Notes under the pieces: model-generated
Database searches by the model: none
Seen by the model: the letters and a program-made list of their open reading frames with translations, nothing else
What the model was told of the DNA's origin: nothing
Position numbers and translations under genes: made by a program
In this document: positions 12,227 to 25,095 of the stretch, piece by piece
Numbering within the stretch: the first letter of the stretch is position 1
Layout: each line of letters begins with the position of its first letter
NCBI GenBank assembly: GCA_977862235.1
Contig: OZ374559.1
Coordinates: 2,542,001 to 2,606,000 of the forward strand
From: Dudresnaya verticillata
Taxonomy: Eukaryota
Direction: 5' to 3'
DNA length: 64,000 bases

Positions 12227-13566
12227 ATTTTTATTGCGTCGTGCCCTGTGTTACATATGACACGCTGTATACAACACATGTGTAGTGTTGTGCTGTTTCC
12301 AGCGTCACATATGCATATGTAATTTTGCATGCGACACTCATATCAATTAATTGATACAATTGTATAAATGCGTTTTGGCAGTGCCTACGGCATAATACTT
12401 GGCTATTTTATAAATATGCTGGACGTTTTATTATACAGAATGGTGGAACAGAAGCAACAAAACTCTTCGTTAGTAAATTTTTCATTACATTGTTTCCTCC
12501 CACTGTGTTAAAACTTTGGCTCCAAGCGTGCATTCATCTATTGCCTGGGCTGATATCAGTCCATATGGGTATCTGTGTGTTGCCACGGCCTACATTCCAA
12601 TTGTATCCCCTGTTTTAAATGTGCGTACGCAGTAAGATTTGGCTATAGCCATGGGTATTTCAATACCCTATATATAGCCTATTATTGACAATCAAATCAG
12701 CTTGGTGCAACAATAGGAGCGAAACCTCCATGCCATAGATCATCCCAATTTGTAACTCCAATATGTTGGAAACCTCGCTTCATGTGTATGTGAACATGTT
12801 TTAAAATGGATTGGAATTACAATAACGATACGTGTTAGTATACAATCACCATATACTGATTAATCATAAAACAATTGTTCTATAAACCTTGGCATGGCAT
12901 GCCATGCATTGAAAGCCATGTGTATTTATTAAGGCTTTCATTTTCATCAGCATAGAAGTGAAAAGTAATTGTTTCCGTGTCAGGCTTTACATAGGAAAGC
13001 ATGCCACTGCCATTTGTTGCTTCAAACGGGTGGTCCTGGGCATCGCGTACGCGAGATATTTGAAACACTGATTTATTATGCAGGCAAGAACGGCCGTGGC
13101 AGGTTATAATCACGTGCCGTAGCGTAATCGAACGATTGCTTTTGATGGGGGTTGCTAGGAATGTAGCTACATTTTCTTGCGCCGTACAGCAATACTAGTT
13201 ACTAATTGACTCCCCTTTCGCTGAACAACCTTCCCTGAACAACCTTACCTTAACAGAAGCACTGTTACATTCCCTATGATATATCACCTGCCCTTATCAT
13301 TCATCCATCTGTACAGAAATACTGGGACGCAGAAGAGAAGAAATTGGTACGGTTGTCACTACTGCCCGTACAATATTTCTGTTGTACCAAATACACTTAT
13401 GACTGTTTAGTTACTACGTGACTTCTATCCCAACAATTGATGCTGTGAACACATGTGTTGCAACTGAGTTGTTCCCATCTGACTGGCTGTGCCAGACGTT
13501 ATCATTCGATAAACGTCACCATTTTGTTCGGAGTGTTACGCCGTACGATTCAGAAAGTCAGAAAGC

Positions 13567-16500
13567 ATGAATTACGATCTGAGTGAGAAGAGAAGAAGGC
13601 GTCGCAGCACACTTGATCAATCTACCTGGCTTCAAGATCTCAGGGCAAGACGAATAAGGAAAAATATCAGAACTGAGTACTCTTCTTCTGGTGGAGAGCC
13701 TGGAGGATCACACGGTCCCCAAGTGGACCCTCATCATACAAGTCTTCAAAATCCCTCTGTTGAACCGAACGGCGCGGAAGGACGCGTTGGGAGAAACGAT
13801 ACTCTACCATTAGGAACGAGATATAGGCTAACAAAAAATGCTGAGGAGCACATAGCGCCAGAATGTGCAGCGGAACCTGAACAGGATAACCTCTTTCAAG
13901 AGTTCAGGGATGAAGAAATGGGTAATGCTGCCACGGTCTTAAAACAATTGCGAGAAAAAGATTCTGCTGAGTTCTCAGACGGAGACGATGAAGTCGTTCC
14001 TTCAGCTGCTTGTGCACAAGATAATGGCCTGCCTCCGAGCGGATTACATAGGTCTGAAGAGCTAACTGGCAGGCTCGAGTCTGATGCAGAGCATGAAACA
14101 GAAGAGCAGGGGTCCCTTTTCCGTCGGCATCCGGCAGTCCATGAGAACGTTCGAGGCATGCCTGTGTGCACCTTGGGAACCTCTAGGATGAAGCGTGTAA
14201 TGAGGAGGATGAAAAAATGTGGGCAGAACCATTGCATTTGACTTCAATACTCTGTGTTGTCGGAAGCGTTCGCCATACAGTACTACAATATGAGCTTTTG
14301 AAGCATTTGGTTGAAGATATTACAAGTCCTGGTTCCTTACGTGACGGGGAGCAGGTCAGGATGCCACCATATAAGAGGCTTCATAGATACTTTATTTCGC
14401 TTGTGAACACATGCTTCCCATCCAGCAAACTGGTAAAGCTTCAAAGAAAAGGATCACAAGGTGGGTTGCTGACTAGACACGAATCCCGTGACTCAGTATT
14501 GGATTTGATTGAAGAAGAAGACGTTGAACAGAACAAAGAAGATGGCAGTAATGTATGTGTAACAACAACATCAGTCACGCAAACCCCCTCTTCTGTGTGT
14601 ACACAAGATGATGAAAATGAGAAGGTGAGAGTAATCCTTCCAAGTTCATGGGCGAAGATAGATGTGGCAGCCCCTTTTTTCTTCAATGTCATGTATCCTT
14701 CGTGTTCGAACCGACAAGGTCATTCCAGCGAACAATTCCTGAACAGGTCCAAAATGTTTAGGCAACGTGAACGTGTGACATGTTCATGCGAACACATATT
14801 TGTGCAATCTTCGGAATGGGAAATTACAAACGAAGAGGAAATATGTATAAACGGGGATTGCATTGCCGTTGAAGTCACTACTGGAAGACCGAGCTTCGCA
14901 ACTGGTTACCGCATCTCCAGTACAGGATGTGGATATATTTTCAGGGCCGTCGTTTTGTGCACATGGTGTGTTGCTGCGGAACCCGATGATACAAGCAGCT
15001 TCAAGAAGGCGATAAGTTTGATGCACTCTACGTCTGCTGAAAGAAATATAATGCATAGATTTGGAAGAGGGGCGACACTCCAGAACAGTTCCGTAACTCG
15101 GGTTGTTCCGGGTGACATTTGCACCCTTCTCCGTCCGGAAGATACCACAGCGAATCAGTCGGCGTTCGCCGTTCTCATTCACAGATACTGGAGAGTGCAG
15201 CCCGGAACACTCACCAGAGTTTTATGCTGGGTACGATTTGAAGCTGAACAGCAACCCGATAGCTCAATAGATGAAATTCACTCTCAGTGTGAATGGCATG
15301 CTGTCAAGAAAGTCAACATGGAGCGACAGGCTGGTGAGGAAGAAGGCCATGACCCAAAATATCGACAAGGTCATGGGGACGTCTACAGGATGGTTCTAAA
15401 TATTTCGTGTACAGAGTTCTCTTATTCTGTGATGACTTCCAAGCATCAATGATGATGGGTCCATCCTCATCAGCTGGGGGATGTTATTTGCTGCCATTGT
15501 CTTTGCCGCCACATGCAAGAAGGAAAGCTTCATCTGTTAGAATCATTGGACTTACACCTCCCGGAGTTTCCTCGAACGAGATACTCAGGTACATAACAGA
15601 AGATCTGGTGGTAGCCGGCACCACCGGTGTTCAGGGATTTGCTCCGAACGTTGAAAGCGTCACAATTTTTATCGACGTCATTGGGTTCATCGGAGATTAC
15701 CCGGCGTCTGCTGCAACCGTTGGTGTCATTGGGCACGTAGGATCATCTCCTTGCACGCTATGTGCTTTTAGAAGACTACCTGTTCAGGACGCGAAGGGCA
15801 CAAGATTCGGATACACAACAGCTGTGCATGCCAGCAATTCATCGTTTCTGAGACAAAGTGAAAGACATCAGGCTTTGCGGAAGGGTCAAATTCCAGATAC
15901 CGACGCGAACAAGCTGGGGATGAAGCCGAACGGAGTAATATCAAACAGCTCTTCCCCTCTTCTCTACCTACAACGTTCACTCAAAAGAAGAATGGGCGCA
16001 GTTCCTCTCAACTCGGAAGGCCATCGCGTGGTGTCCGCACTATTCGACCCTTACAGGTCTAACTTTGTGGCTCCGGACCATTTACTAACAGGGGTGTCCA
16101 AGAACATTTTGAATGCCGTTTACGCATCTCTACCTTCGAACGAAATGCGTACCGAAATTGATGTGCGCATATGCGCCTCTCTACAAGAGAATGGATTACT
16201 GACACAGAAGCAGGTATTCAACCACAACAAGAAAAAGCTTCACAGTATGAGCTTATCCTCTGTCTTCTGCGTCCTTTTGGTTTCCGTTCCTGTCTGTCGC
16301 GTAATGAGTTCTCATGTTTCTGGTGAAGATGGGAAGTTTCCTCAAGTGGTCCAGCTACTACAAAAGCTACAGCGCCTTGTAGCTTTCACTTATTGGTGGC
16401 CTGAAAAAGAGCTTGACGGGGCTAACGCTGAAGCGTTTTTGGTGAAAGAGAATGAGAAATATATTTCAGAACTGAGGTGGTTATCAAAGCAGTACGTTCA

Positions 16501-17613
16501 AAGTGTTGAGTCGTTGTGTTCAGTGTTCACTGATATTACGCAGCATCTGGATAGGCCGAACCTTCACCGACTTTTGGAACTGTATGAGCATAGCATACCT
16601 GCTTTTGGGCACGTAAGAGAGTTCATGGAGCTCGTTTTTGAGTGCGCACATCAACCTCTGAAAAGATGTATATCTAGAAGCAATCAGAAAGACGCTCACC
16701 TCTCGGCAGTGGAACACTGCCTAGCAAACGACTGGCAGGGGAGAATTATGGCTGTTAGCAATTATGAAAACTCATGCGATCGCTTACAAAAGCGGTATCT
16801 GAGGCGTCTGTTCTATGGTGAAGTTGCTGATCTGCTGAAAGAATCTGAAGAGAAGGAATTAATAGACGAACTTGACTCAACTATTGTGCAGCAATTTACA
16901 AAAGCTTGCCTATGGCAAATGCAGAAGGATGAGCGAGTTTGCAATTTCGCTCTTGATAGAAGCTCAATGTGGGTACCCAGAAATATAACAGATGCAGAGA
17001 GCATAGCCAAAGAAGTCCCAATTTCCGAAGACGACATGATAAGTTTGTTTTCGGAGATGAAGGATTGGCTAAACACCTGGTTTCCTTCTAACCAACGACT
17101 GGAAGAGAGTGGGACAGATCAGTTCCGACTCTACAGCAGTGCGGGAAGGTACAAAATAAGGAACGACGGGTCTGTAGGAGGAAGATCTGCGGGCTATGAT
17201 ACCATCTATGCGGGAACAACTGTACAGACCTATCTGGAACCGGTTATGAGGGAGAGAAAACTAGTTCAGCCCGTTACAAATGGTGGTGGAGAACTCCAAC
17301 TGTTTGCTGTCGTTGCAATTTTACAGCGATATGAAGAGGTCCCTTGGGCAATTTGCGTGCGCTGCCGTATGGAGCAAGGAGGATACGTTCATGTGGAAAA
17401 TCCGTTTCATTCCTCCACAGTCCAACTTTTGCAGCTCCGTCCTGAAATAAGGAGAGTTGCTCTGTACCACGCTTGCGATCAGGAAACGGGAACCCGAACC
17501 AAATGTCGCATTGATGCTGCAAGAAGAGTGGTATTGCATACCAAGACCCTGCTTGAGGGGGAAGGATGCGTTTTCAAAGGAGACTGAATGGGTACCCACC
17601 CCGATTGGCCTGA
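13567..17613 (+). pseudogene. CACTA/EnSpm (Tnp2/Plavaka-like) DDE transposase split by about three frameshifts
   Basis: ORFs 13567-14241, 14217-15452 and 15407-17587 overlap. CMC-type motifs: LLFCDDF, FIGDYPA, GH...PCTLC, APDHLLTG and HRLLE...FGH....ELVFECAHQPLK. A probable terminal GYPPRLA* ends at 17613. Confidence 0.85.
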
Positions 17614-17652
17614 GGGTGCAACGTTTTTATGGAGAGATGGAGCCCTCCAGAA

Positions 17653-17714
17653 ATTCGTATTGTACGACATGCATGTATAAATATATTTATCCATGCATGT
17701 CGTACAATACGAAT
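17653..17714. repeat. 62-bp near-perfect palindrome between convergent CACTA genes
   Basis: ATTCGTATTGTACGACATGCATG-T-ATAAATATATTTAT-C-CATGCATGTCGTACAATACGAAT, one mismatched pair. Confidence 0.9.
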
Positions 17715-17793
17715 GTATACATGTGTATCTGAACAACTTCCTATGTTAAAAACGACTGTGTTTACTTCATGACATGCTGCCTTTTCAAAGTCT

Positions 17794-20302
17794 TCAAATA
17801 CACCCTATACCCTCATCATCATCTTCCGCTATCTCCTTCCCCTCTGCTCCATCGTCCTGAGTATCATCATTAGGGTTATATTCCTCCATCCCAGCGTAAT
17901 GTAGCCTGTCATACTCCTTCATAGTCATGCGTACGCATTTGTTCTCAAAAAGAGACTTCCGGTTGTACTCACCGGGGAGTAAATCCTGCAAGCTGAGAAC
18001 GCCTGATACAACGCTTGACGGCGAGCATACTTGACCAGCTCTCAAATGACTCTTGTTCAGAAACTGTACAGTCAGGCTCTTGAATAGGTTCGCGATCACC
18101 ATGATGCACTGAAAGGAAGATTCATGCGTTCGCAGGAACAATGAAATGTCTGGTGCGTGGCAATACTCCACGATGAATGACAGCGCCACTTCAACCATAT
18201 GGATAGCACGAGACAATATCTTGCGTTCAGTGTTGTCGTTTCTCTTCTGATTACCAGAACCCGATACCACTTGAACCTGCTGATAACTTGCGTACAGCAC
18301 CATATTTCCCCAGCTCTCAAACAGACCTTTCATGATTCGGTTATTCTCAGCGTCCGCTTCCATAATAAGTTTTGCATCACTCCCTGCAGGACAAACCGCT
18401 CGTTTAGGCACGTCTTCGATTCTGAAAATGTCCCAGATGCCAACTGTATCAGTGTCACTTTCCGTAGGGGACGCTTGAATTAACGAAGGGTCAGCCCATT
18501 TCATTTCGCAAGTAGCCTGTATGGCTTTGGTTCCGAGATCATTCCATGGAACGAGAAGGAATCCTAAGTTCTGAAAGAAGGATTGCTTGACATTTTCACG
18601 GGAGCCGTGGAGGTGTGATCCGAGAACTCGATAAACTCGAAGTGCTCCATGAGTAGCGATGTCATCTCGTGTGGGTGCTTCTTTTACAGAAAGCCCTGAA
18701 CAGGGTCCATCTCGACTCTTCTTGACTCTTTCCTGGATAACCCGAGCCTGGAGAACGTTGTCAGAACTGACGTATCCGGGGGCGAGCCACTTCGGACGGG
18801 CTATCTTTGCTTGATCGCCTCGCTGCACCTAACGGTTTCTCTCGCCTTTCCGTATGGGAGAACTCTTAAATGACTTACCCCATTTATGTGCAGCTTGCTT
18901 CGGGTCACTTAGACTGTTCACAGATACGTCCACTCTTCCGCTGTCAGAATGTTCTTCTCTGAACAAGCCAAATGTGTCTTTGGATACGTTAAAGAAAAGG
19001 TTGCGTACAACTGTGTAGCGGAAGTCGCCATGCAGTTTTCTAATTCCCGTCTCCCATAAGTTGCGAGTTTCCTTGGGCTGTAAGCTGAACAGCAAAGCGG
19101 CCATCACAGCTGCTGACTTGCTCTCGACGTTGCCTTCTTTCGAGCGAAATGTTCTGTTCACAAAGATAGGAACATTATAAGCAAGAACGCGAGAAAGGAG
19201 ACTGGAAGAGAACACAGCGTTCATAGATGGTGTCAATGAATCCAATTTTCTTCGGAATTGAGCAGCTGTGATTCGTTTGGATGCGGTTCGCAGTGCCTCC
19301 CACTTTCACGTTCGACCCTAGCATATGCACGTGTCCACGAAGATCAGCAACATCTCCTTCCAGATTCTTGACAATGTCAAGAATTTTCCGACTAACCTGG
19401 AGCTTCTCCCGGCTTTGCAGCCTGAAATCTTCCAAAAGTTCTTTCCTAAAAGCCTGAAGCATTCTTCTGTTGGCGTTGCTCGCGGAAATCTGTTTCGCAG
19501 CGTAGTCTGAGTGGTCCGATGGACATGTTTCTAACCGCGGACGCGAGACCTTAAAGAGAGGGATATCTCGAAGATCCGGAGTTTCAAATGATCTTCCTGC
19601 AGAAAGACCTTCATTGTCCATTCGCCCAGGGTGTCGAACGCCATGTCCATCGTTTTGAGAACCAGATCTGGTCGGTGGCAATCCACGGCACGAGAGCGGA
19701 GCCAACATGTCACTCTCCTCATCCTCATCATCTGTATTCTTTTTCACCTCATCCCTGCGTGTTGTAGAGGGACTATCTTGATTATCGTTTTCGGTTTCAA
19801 GGATTTAAGGGTTCCCTTTTCCAGGAGAGTGATTCTGCGGCGTACGCTGAGACACTGACCTTTCTTGTGATATCGAGTTGGAAAGCGGGGTCTTCAAAGA
19901 CCTTCGTTTCCTTGTTGGCATTTCACCATCACTCTTTTCCATTTCAGGCTTCTCAGGGGACGGAGCCAATATTCGTTTCGAACCGGAACCGGACGACGAG
20001 CGTCGCGCGGTCACGTCGCCGTTTGGTACGGATAATTTTTCGGGTGTGGCTGTCACCACCCGCTCGAGCTCTTGTAAATGGTTATTCCTCCGCGGTACTT
20101 TGCGAATGCTCGTTTTCAATACAACGTCTTGAATTGGTGAAGCTGTACCTTTTGATCTTGATCGAGGGGAAAATCTAGTAGGCTGAACAGCCTTAGATGC
20201 GGACACAACTCGTTGAGCCGCGGCAGCATCTTGATAAGCCCTCATCTTTTGTGCGGAAGCTGTCTTCTTGCGAACTGCCGAGCGACCCTTCATCATGTAC
20301 AT
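17794..20302 (-). pseudogene. Second large CACTA gene (~830 aa reconstructed), unknown function, possibly a TnpA-like accessory protein
   Basis: Chain of same-strand ORFs 19805-20302, 19175-19747, 18829-19245 and 17794-18828 (the last two separated only by an in-frame TAG). Basic disordered N-terminus, a coiled-coil-like segment and an acidic C-terminus. Confidence 0.6.
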
Positions 20303-21479
20303 CTGAACAGTATTAGACCTTAAGGTACCTTACTCGTTCCCAGTCACGGTTTCGCAGATGAACTCTTACTAGCCTTCCATTTCGTGACCACACTGTATCA
20401 GAGGTTATATGCAGAACTGCTCTTGAGGCCTCATGAGGTCATGAATTCAGTGAAAGTGCCTGTCCAGTATCTGTCTCTCAATGGTTCGTGTTTCGGTATT
20501 GCTCTCGCGCCATTGTGTTGGCGGGAATTCGAGAGGTCGCAAGCAAGGATCAGGTACCTGACACTGCATTAATGCACGATGGACCAGCAATGCGATCAAT
20601 TTCGATTGAAAGTTCTCAATACATACTATAGTCTTGAATCGGTTCCATTTAACGTATCGATGCAGACGATGGCGCGACGCCACGGACAATCTCAGTCAAA
20701 CCCAGAAAGGCGGGAGAACAAATAGAATCATTACAGGAAAATGAGATCTCAACTTCAGAGTGTTGCACAAGCCACTGGATCGATTCATCCAGCGCCCCTC
20801 GTTATTCAGCATTTATCTGTCGCCAAGCCCAGTCCGGACGGATGGGGCCCCATAGGGACTTGGATGCAGATGAAAAGTGTCGCTTCAACAGCAGACACGA
20901 GTGTCACGAACGTGGAGTTTCGACAGGTCAGAGCAACCGCGCATTCAATACGCGATCAATTTGATCGTCTCAGGAGCTGGATCTCATTGGGTGCATGTTC
21001 CATCTGCACTGCTGCTCAGAAGCATGCCATTGTCGTCTCAATACAATAAATGTTAGTGGCCTTAGCACACTTCGGAAGCCAGACGCGATCGAAATGAAGC
21101 ATTTTTGTCGTGCTGGCACGGGCCAGTAGTTTATGGTGGCTTCTGTGGCCTAGAAAAGCCTTGACCGCTCGCGTGCCTTTTTGGTTCAGGCCAGTGCCGT
21201 GTTAGACTGTATACTGTTTATATACATGCACACCGAAGATCTCCGCTGAGACAGCAAGAGCTTCTCTCCGAAAAACAGGAGGCACTCGCGTTCGCGTATT
21301 CGAGATTGTCTCCTCTTTTCCGCGTACGCGTATACGTATAGCTATATGCGTATAAATATTCTGGTTCAAGTAATCCTACCGGCAGGCCATGGTGCACCAT
21401 GGCCATGCTCAAGGAACTGAAGAAGAATTTTGAGTTGATCGACTAGACGGCCGTCACTCGCACGCGTGTTCACGTAAAT

Positions 21480-23076
21480 ATGGTGACGAGAGATCCAAGT
21501 ATTACCGCTTCAAGAACTCGAAGAGCAACAAAATCGTATGCGGTACCGCGAAAGAACGACTTCATAGAAGTGTTGTTGTCCATCGATACACTTCCCGGAT
21601 GTCAGGATCAATGGTGCCTTGCAGAAGTCGTTAATATGTTTGACGAAGAAGAATCAGAACTGAATGACAGGGAATGTCTTGCACGCGGAACGATACGCTA
21701 CCCAAGCAGTGAGCACTGGGCTGAATCTGTTGCCGTTGTCCTGTTTCTGGAAGACTATTTGCTACAAGTCGCTCCGAGTATTGAGTTCTCTGGTAATAAT
21801 GACGGTGTCTCAGCCGATCCCGAAAGCCTATCCCATCCGACGATTTCTTGGCGCTATGCTCGATATCTCGGAGGTGCAACGGAGCCGGAGCCCGAGTCGG
21901 ATGCTGACTGGGGGGAATCTTTTCGTACGAATTCTCGAGTAGAAAGTGTGGGACCCAAGAGCGATGGGAAATGTACAGACCCTTCCTTTCGTAGTACGGA
22001 AGTGTATAGGCTTCGTGAGGCACATGCACACGTGGCGGTTGAACTGGAAAGAGTGAAACGAGAACTCGTGCTTCAATCGCAGAGATTGTCCAGAGTGGAG
22101 CAATCTTCCCTACCTCGTGGTTTCAGCGCGTCAGGTTCGACGATTTCATGTCTTTCTTCTGGATGCGTGACCACTCGACTGCGACACAAACTCGCAATCA
22201 GAATGCAGGGCCCCGTTAAGACAGTTCAGTACGGGAACCCGGTGAAGAAGGGGAGAGCTCAGGGCAGTCAAGTGAACAGGGGAGTATCTGCAGACGGACT
22301 ACTTCAGGGAACAATCAAGATAAGAGTGGATTGCAATCTACAGCAGTTCGAGTGTATGGCACGAGAAATGCGGACGAGACCAAACGGTATGCGAATACAA
22401 TTCGATCCGGAGTTCTCCCACACGCAAGTCCCAGCATCCGGAAGCACTTCGTTCACACTTTCCTTTCCGTCTTTTGCACACTTGTCCGATTGTATTGGCA
22501 TTAACTCCGTTACGGATCGCTTGGAAATGTGCAGGAAATGTGGTTCCTCGCCGACAGGGGATCTGCTCAGGATATTGATATGAGTTTGATTCGGACTCGC
22601 AACAAGCTTCTAGAATTCATATCGCCTCGAGCTTTGCACGCAACGTTGCGTACCCTCCACGACATTCACATACTCATGAGAAGTCAGCGGGCGATTTCAC
22701 TAATGAGGAATTCAAGCGCAAATATCCTGTACTACTTCGAAAAAACAGAGACTGGAACATTGTAGAGAGTCGTTTTACCCATGAGCTTGTATTGAAGCAT
22801 GAACAAGAGCAAACACTCGCGGGGCCCATTTCAGAACTGAACGCCTTTACAATTTCTTGGAAAAGGGCTCCTGATGCGTCATTACGGACTTGGTCGAGAG
22901 AAATAGCGAACGCTGCAGAAGTATTCGGTACTGTTGAACTTTCGCTGCCGTTTATCCAAGTGGTAGGGCAATATCTCTGTGGCGAGATAGGTGGATTAGC
23001 CAATGATGACGTTTTGTGTGAAGTGCTCGCCGGTACTTCCGATAAAAATGTAGGATTGCAAGCCAGAACGAAATAG
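21480..23076 (+). pseudogene. CACTA-borne gene (~530 aa reconstructed) with a possible Tudor/SH3-like N-terminal domain and a coiled coil; frameshift near 22575
   Basis: The 367-aa ORF continues in another open frame (YEFDSDSQQ...KHEQEQ...ARTK*). TATAAAT at ~21352. The N-terminal pattern DFIEV...WCLAEV...GTIRY is only suggestive of a domain. Confidence 0.55.
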
Positions 23077-25078
23077 GCTAGGACAGAACTTCACAATTGT
23101 CTCCATACGGCTAACCTTGTACAAAGGTGCTCGAGCAGTTCCGATCGGAAATGAGCTTCTCCCATAACAATCTTGAAAACACAGGACTATATTATTGTTG
23201 TCCATCATCCGATGGATGCATTGAACTGCAATCCAAATCGATGCCGCTCTTCAGAGTCTTCTTCATCCTGAGTACTCAATGGACGTCCATATGGATATCG
23301 AATCCTGATGCACTGCATCGCCATGGGCGCATGCGGGCAATTCCCTCGTGGGAATCGAACAAACCTCATCTGGCCAACAGGATGAGGCGATATGGCACGT
23401 GCGCGCGGATATCATACCCGCATAGGCATTCAATGCATACCACACTACGTGGACACATTTTTGACCACAAATTTTGATGTGTGCGCTGAGATCGTCATCG
23501 TGCTATTCACCATAACGGCGCTAGCCAATGGTAATGCAGAAATAATACGTTGCAAGTACGTGTCGAAAGAGAACGTTCGTTTCAAACCAGGAGATCATCT
23601 TTGCGGTTGCAACTCTCTCTGGATGCAGTACAGTGGGGCGTTGTCTGTCTGCAGACAACGGTTTTCGACATAAATCTCATTTCAAATGTTCCGCGTACGC
23701 GGACTTTCGGGAGTACATTGATCCCGCAAGATGTTGGGTGCCCTTTTGCCCGCCTGCGCGCGCGCACACACCTGCGGGCGACCTTTGAATGCATCCAGGA
23801 AACGAGTTCTCGAACATCACATTGTCAAATTCTTCATCGGACTTCCCGTCGCATGGAACTGCAGACGCGGCGGCACGCGACGCATTCGTCGGCATGCAGA
23901 CAAGCTGCCGCATCCGCCGCTTCGAATGGATCTACATAGTGAAGAAGTGGAGAAGCGTGTCGTCTTGTTGACCGGTAAGTTATCAAGCCATCAATGTCTG
24001 AGAAGCATCGCTTAGGCCTCTCCAAGCTCCTTTCGGATTCAGCTACTCGAGTAGCTAGCTAACTTACATGGAACAGTCTGCGCACATTTCCGAGCAAGAT
24101 CATGCTGATGTGCTCGCGTTCGGCCTCGTTAATCGGGCTTTCGTAACAATTGGCAAACATGGCCACTTTAATGGTGAGTTCTCACGTCATTGAGGTTTGC
24201 GAAGCTTGGTTTAGGCTATTCGAAGCCTGGGCTAGATGTCAGAGAGTCTGACCACAGTTTCCAGGAAGATCATGTTCTTCTGTTCGCGATTACAGCGAGT
24301 ACTTCCCTACCTAACCTATCTATTCGGTATGTCTATTTGCGAAACAACACCAGCATCTCGCGTACGCGACATTCAAGTGGCGTCTCATTCGGGTGGCGGC
24401 CGTCCGCAGAAACGGACATCGACCGGCGGATGTCCTCGATCGCAGTGATCTGTCAGCACGGGACAACTGGTGGGGCGACCGATCGCTTCTAGTAGGACCA
24501 CCCTCTCTATCATTGGAGTATTCTACTACATCACTGCTACGGATAAACGCCACTGCGCAAAACTGCTAGGGTACATTTTGAAATAAAGGCGCTGAATGCT
24601 ATTGCTTACGGATTACAAAATCTATGCATGGAGCGCAACATCTTAAGGTGTTGAGAGGGGTTCGAAGCCATTGCGCTGAAGATGGCAGAACTGCATGCAT
24701 AAGCGCGTTAGGAAGTTTCGAGCGGGGTACAGAACTGCGAAAGCTGCTAGCGCAGTACTTAGTTCGTCTGAGACAACAATCTGAAGATTGCAGTGACACA
24801 TTGGAATACGAGCACTCGGTTGCACCTTATTGAGATATAGACACGCGACACATCTCGCCGCAGTGTCCTCGTCTCAATGAGTCGGTCTGCTGCAGAAGAA
24901 TAATGGAGCCCAGAACAGTGAAAGCGCACGCGCCGTGCGGATAAATCAGCCGTCGCTTAAGTGATAAACTATTGGCCACGTGCAAGGCGGCAAATCAAAA
25001 TTATAGATATGATTTTATCAAATTCGTGTTGGCCCATGCGCGATGGCCCACGTATTGCCTTATTGTAAAATCTGTTCA

Positions 25079-25095
25079 GAAATGGCCTTGTAGTG
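25079..25095 (-). repeat. Right terminal inverted repeat of the CACTA element
   Basis: GAAATGGCCTTGTAGTG followed by TA. Confidence 0.95.

Larger units (their letters stand above)
5770..25095. mobile_element. Giant CACTA/EnSpm (CMC superfamily) DNA transposon, 19,326 bp, cargo-carrying
   Basis: Perfect 17-bp TIR CACTACAAGGCCATTTC at both ends. TA at 5768-5769 and 25096-25097. Removing the element and one TA gives in-frame HPGGRKLYHTLRREYYW. An internal CMC-type transposase is present. Confidence 0.93.

Noticed and set aside
23100..24960. Short ORFs near the right CACTA end as further captured genes
   Set aside because: No motif recognised by eye. A translated database search would be needed.
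24970..25050. TGGCC(C/A) motifs as CACTA subterminal repeats
   Set aside because: Only three or four short copies, which cannot be distinguished from chance.
24969..25095. C-terminal tail TTRPFLNRF... of the 762-aa RT ORF
   Set aside because: It is read-through into the CACTA TIR. The true continuation is at 5769.
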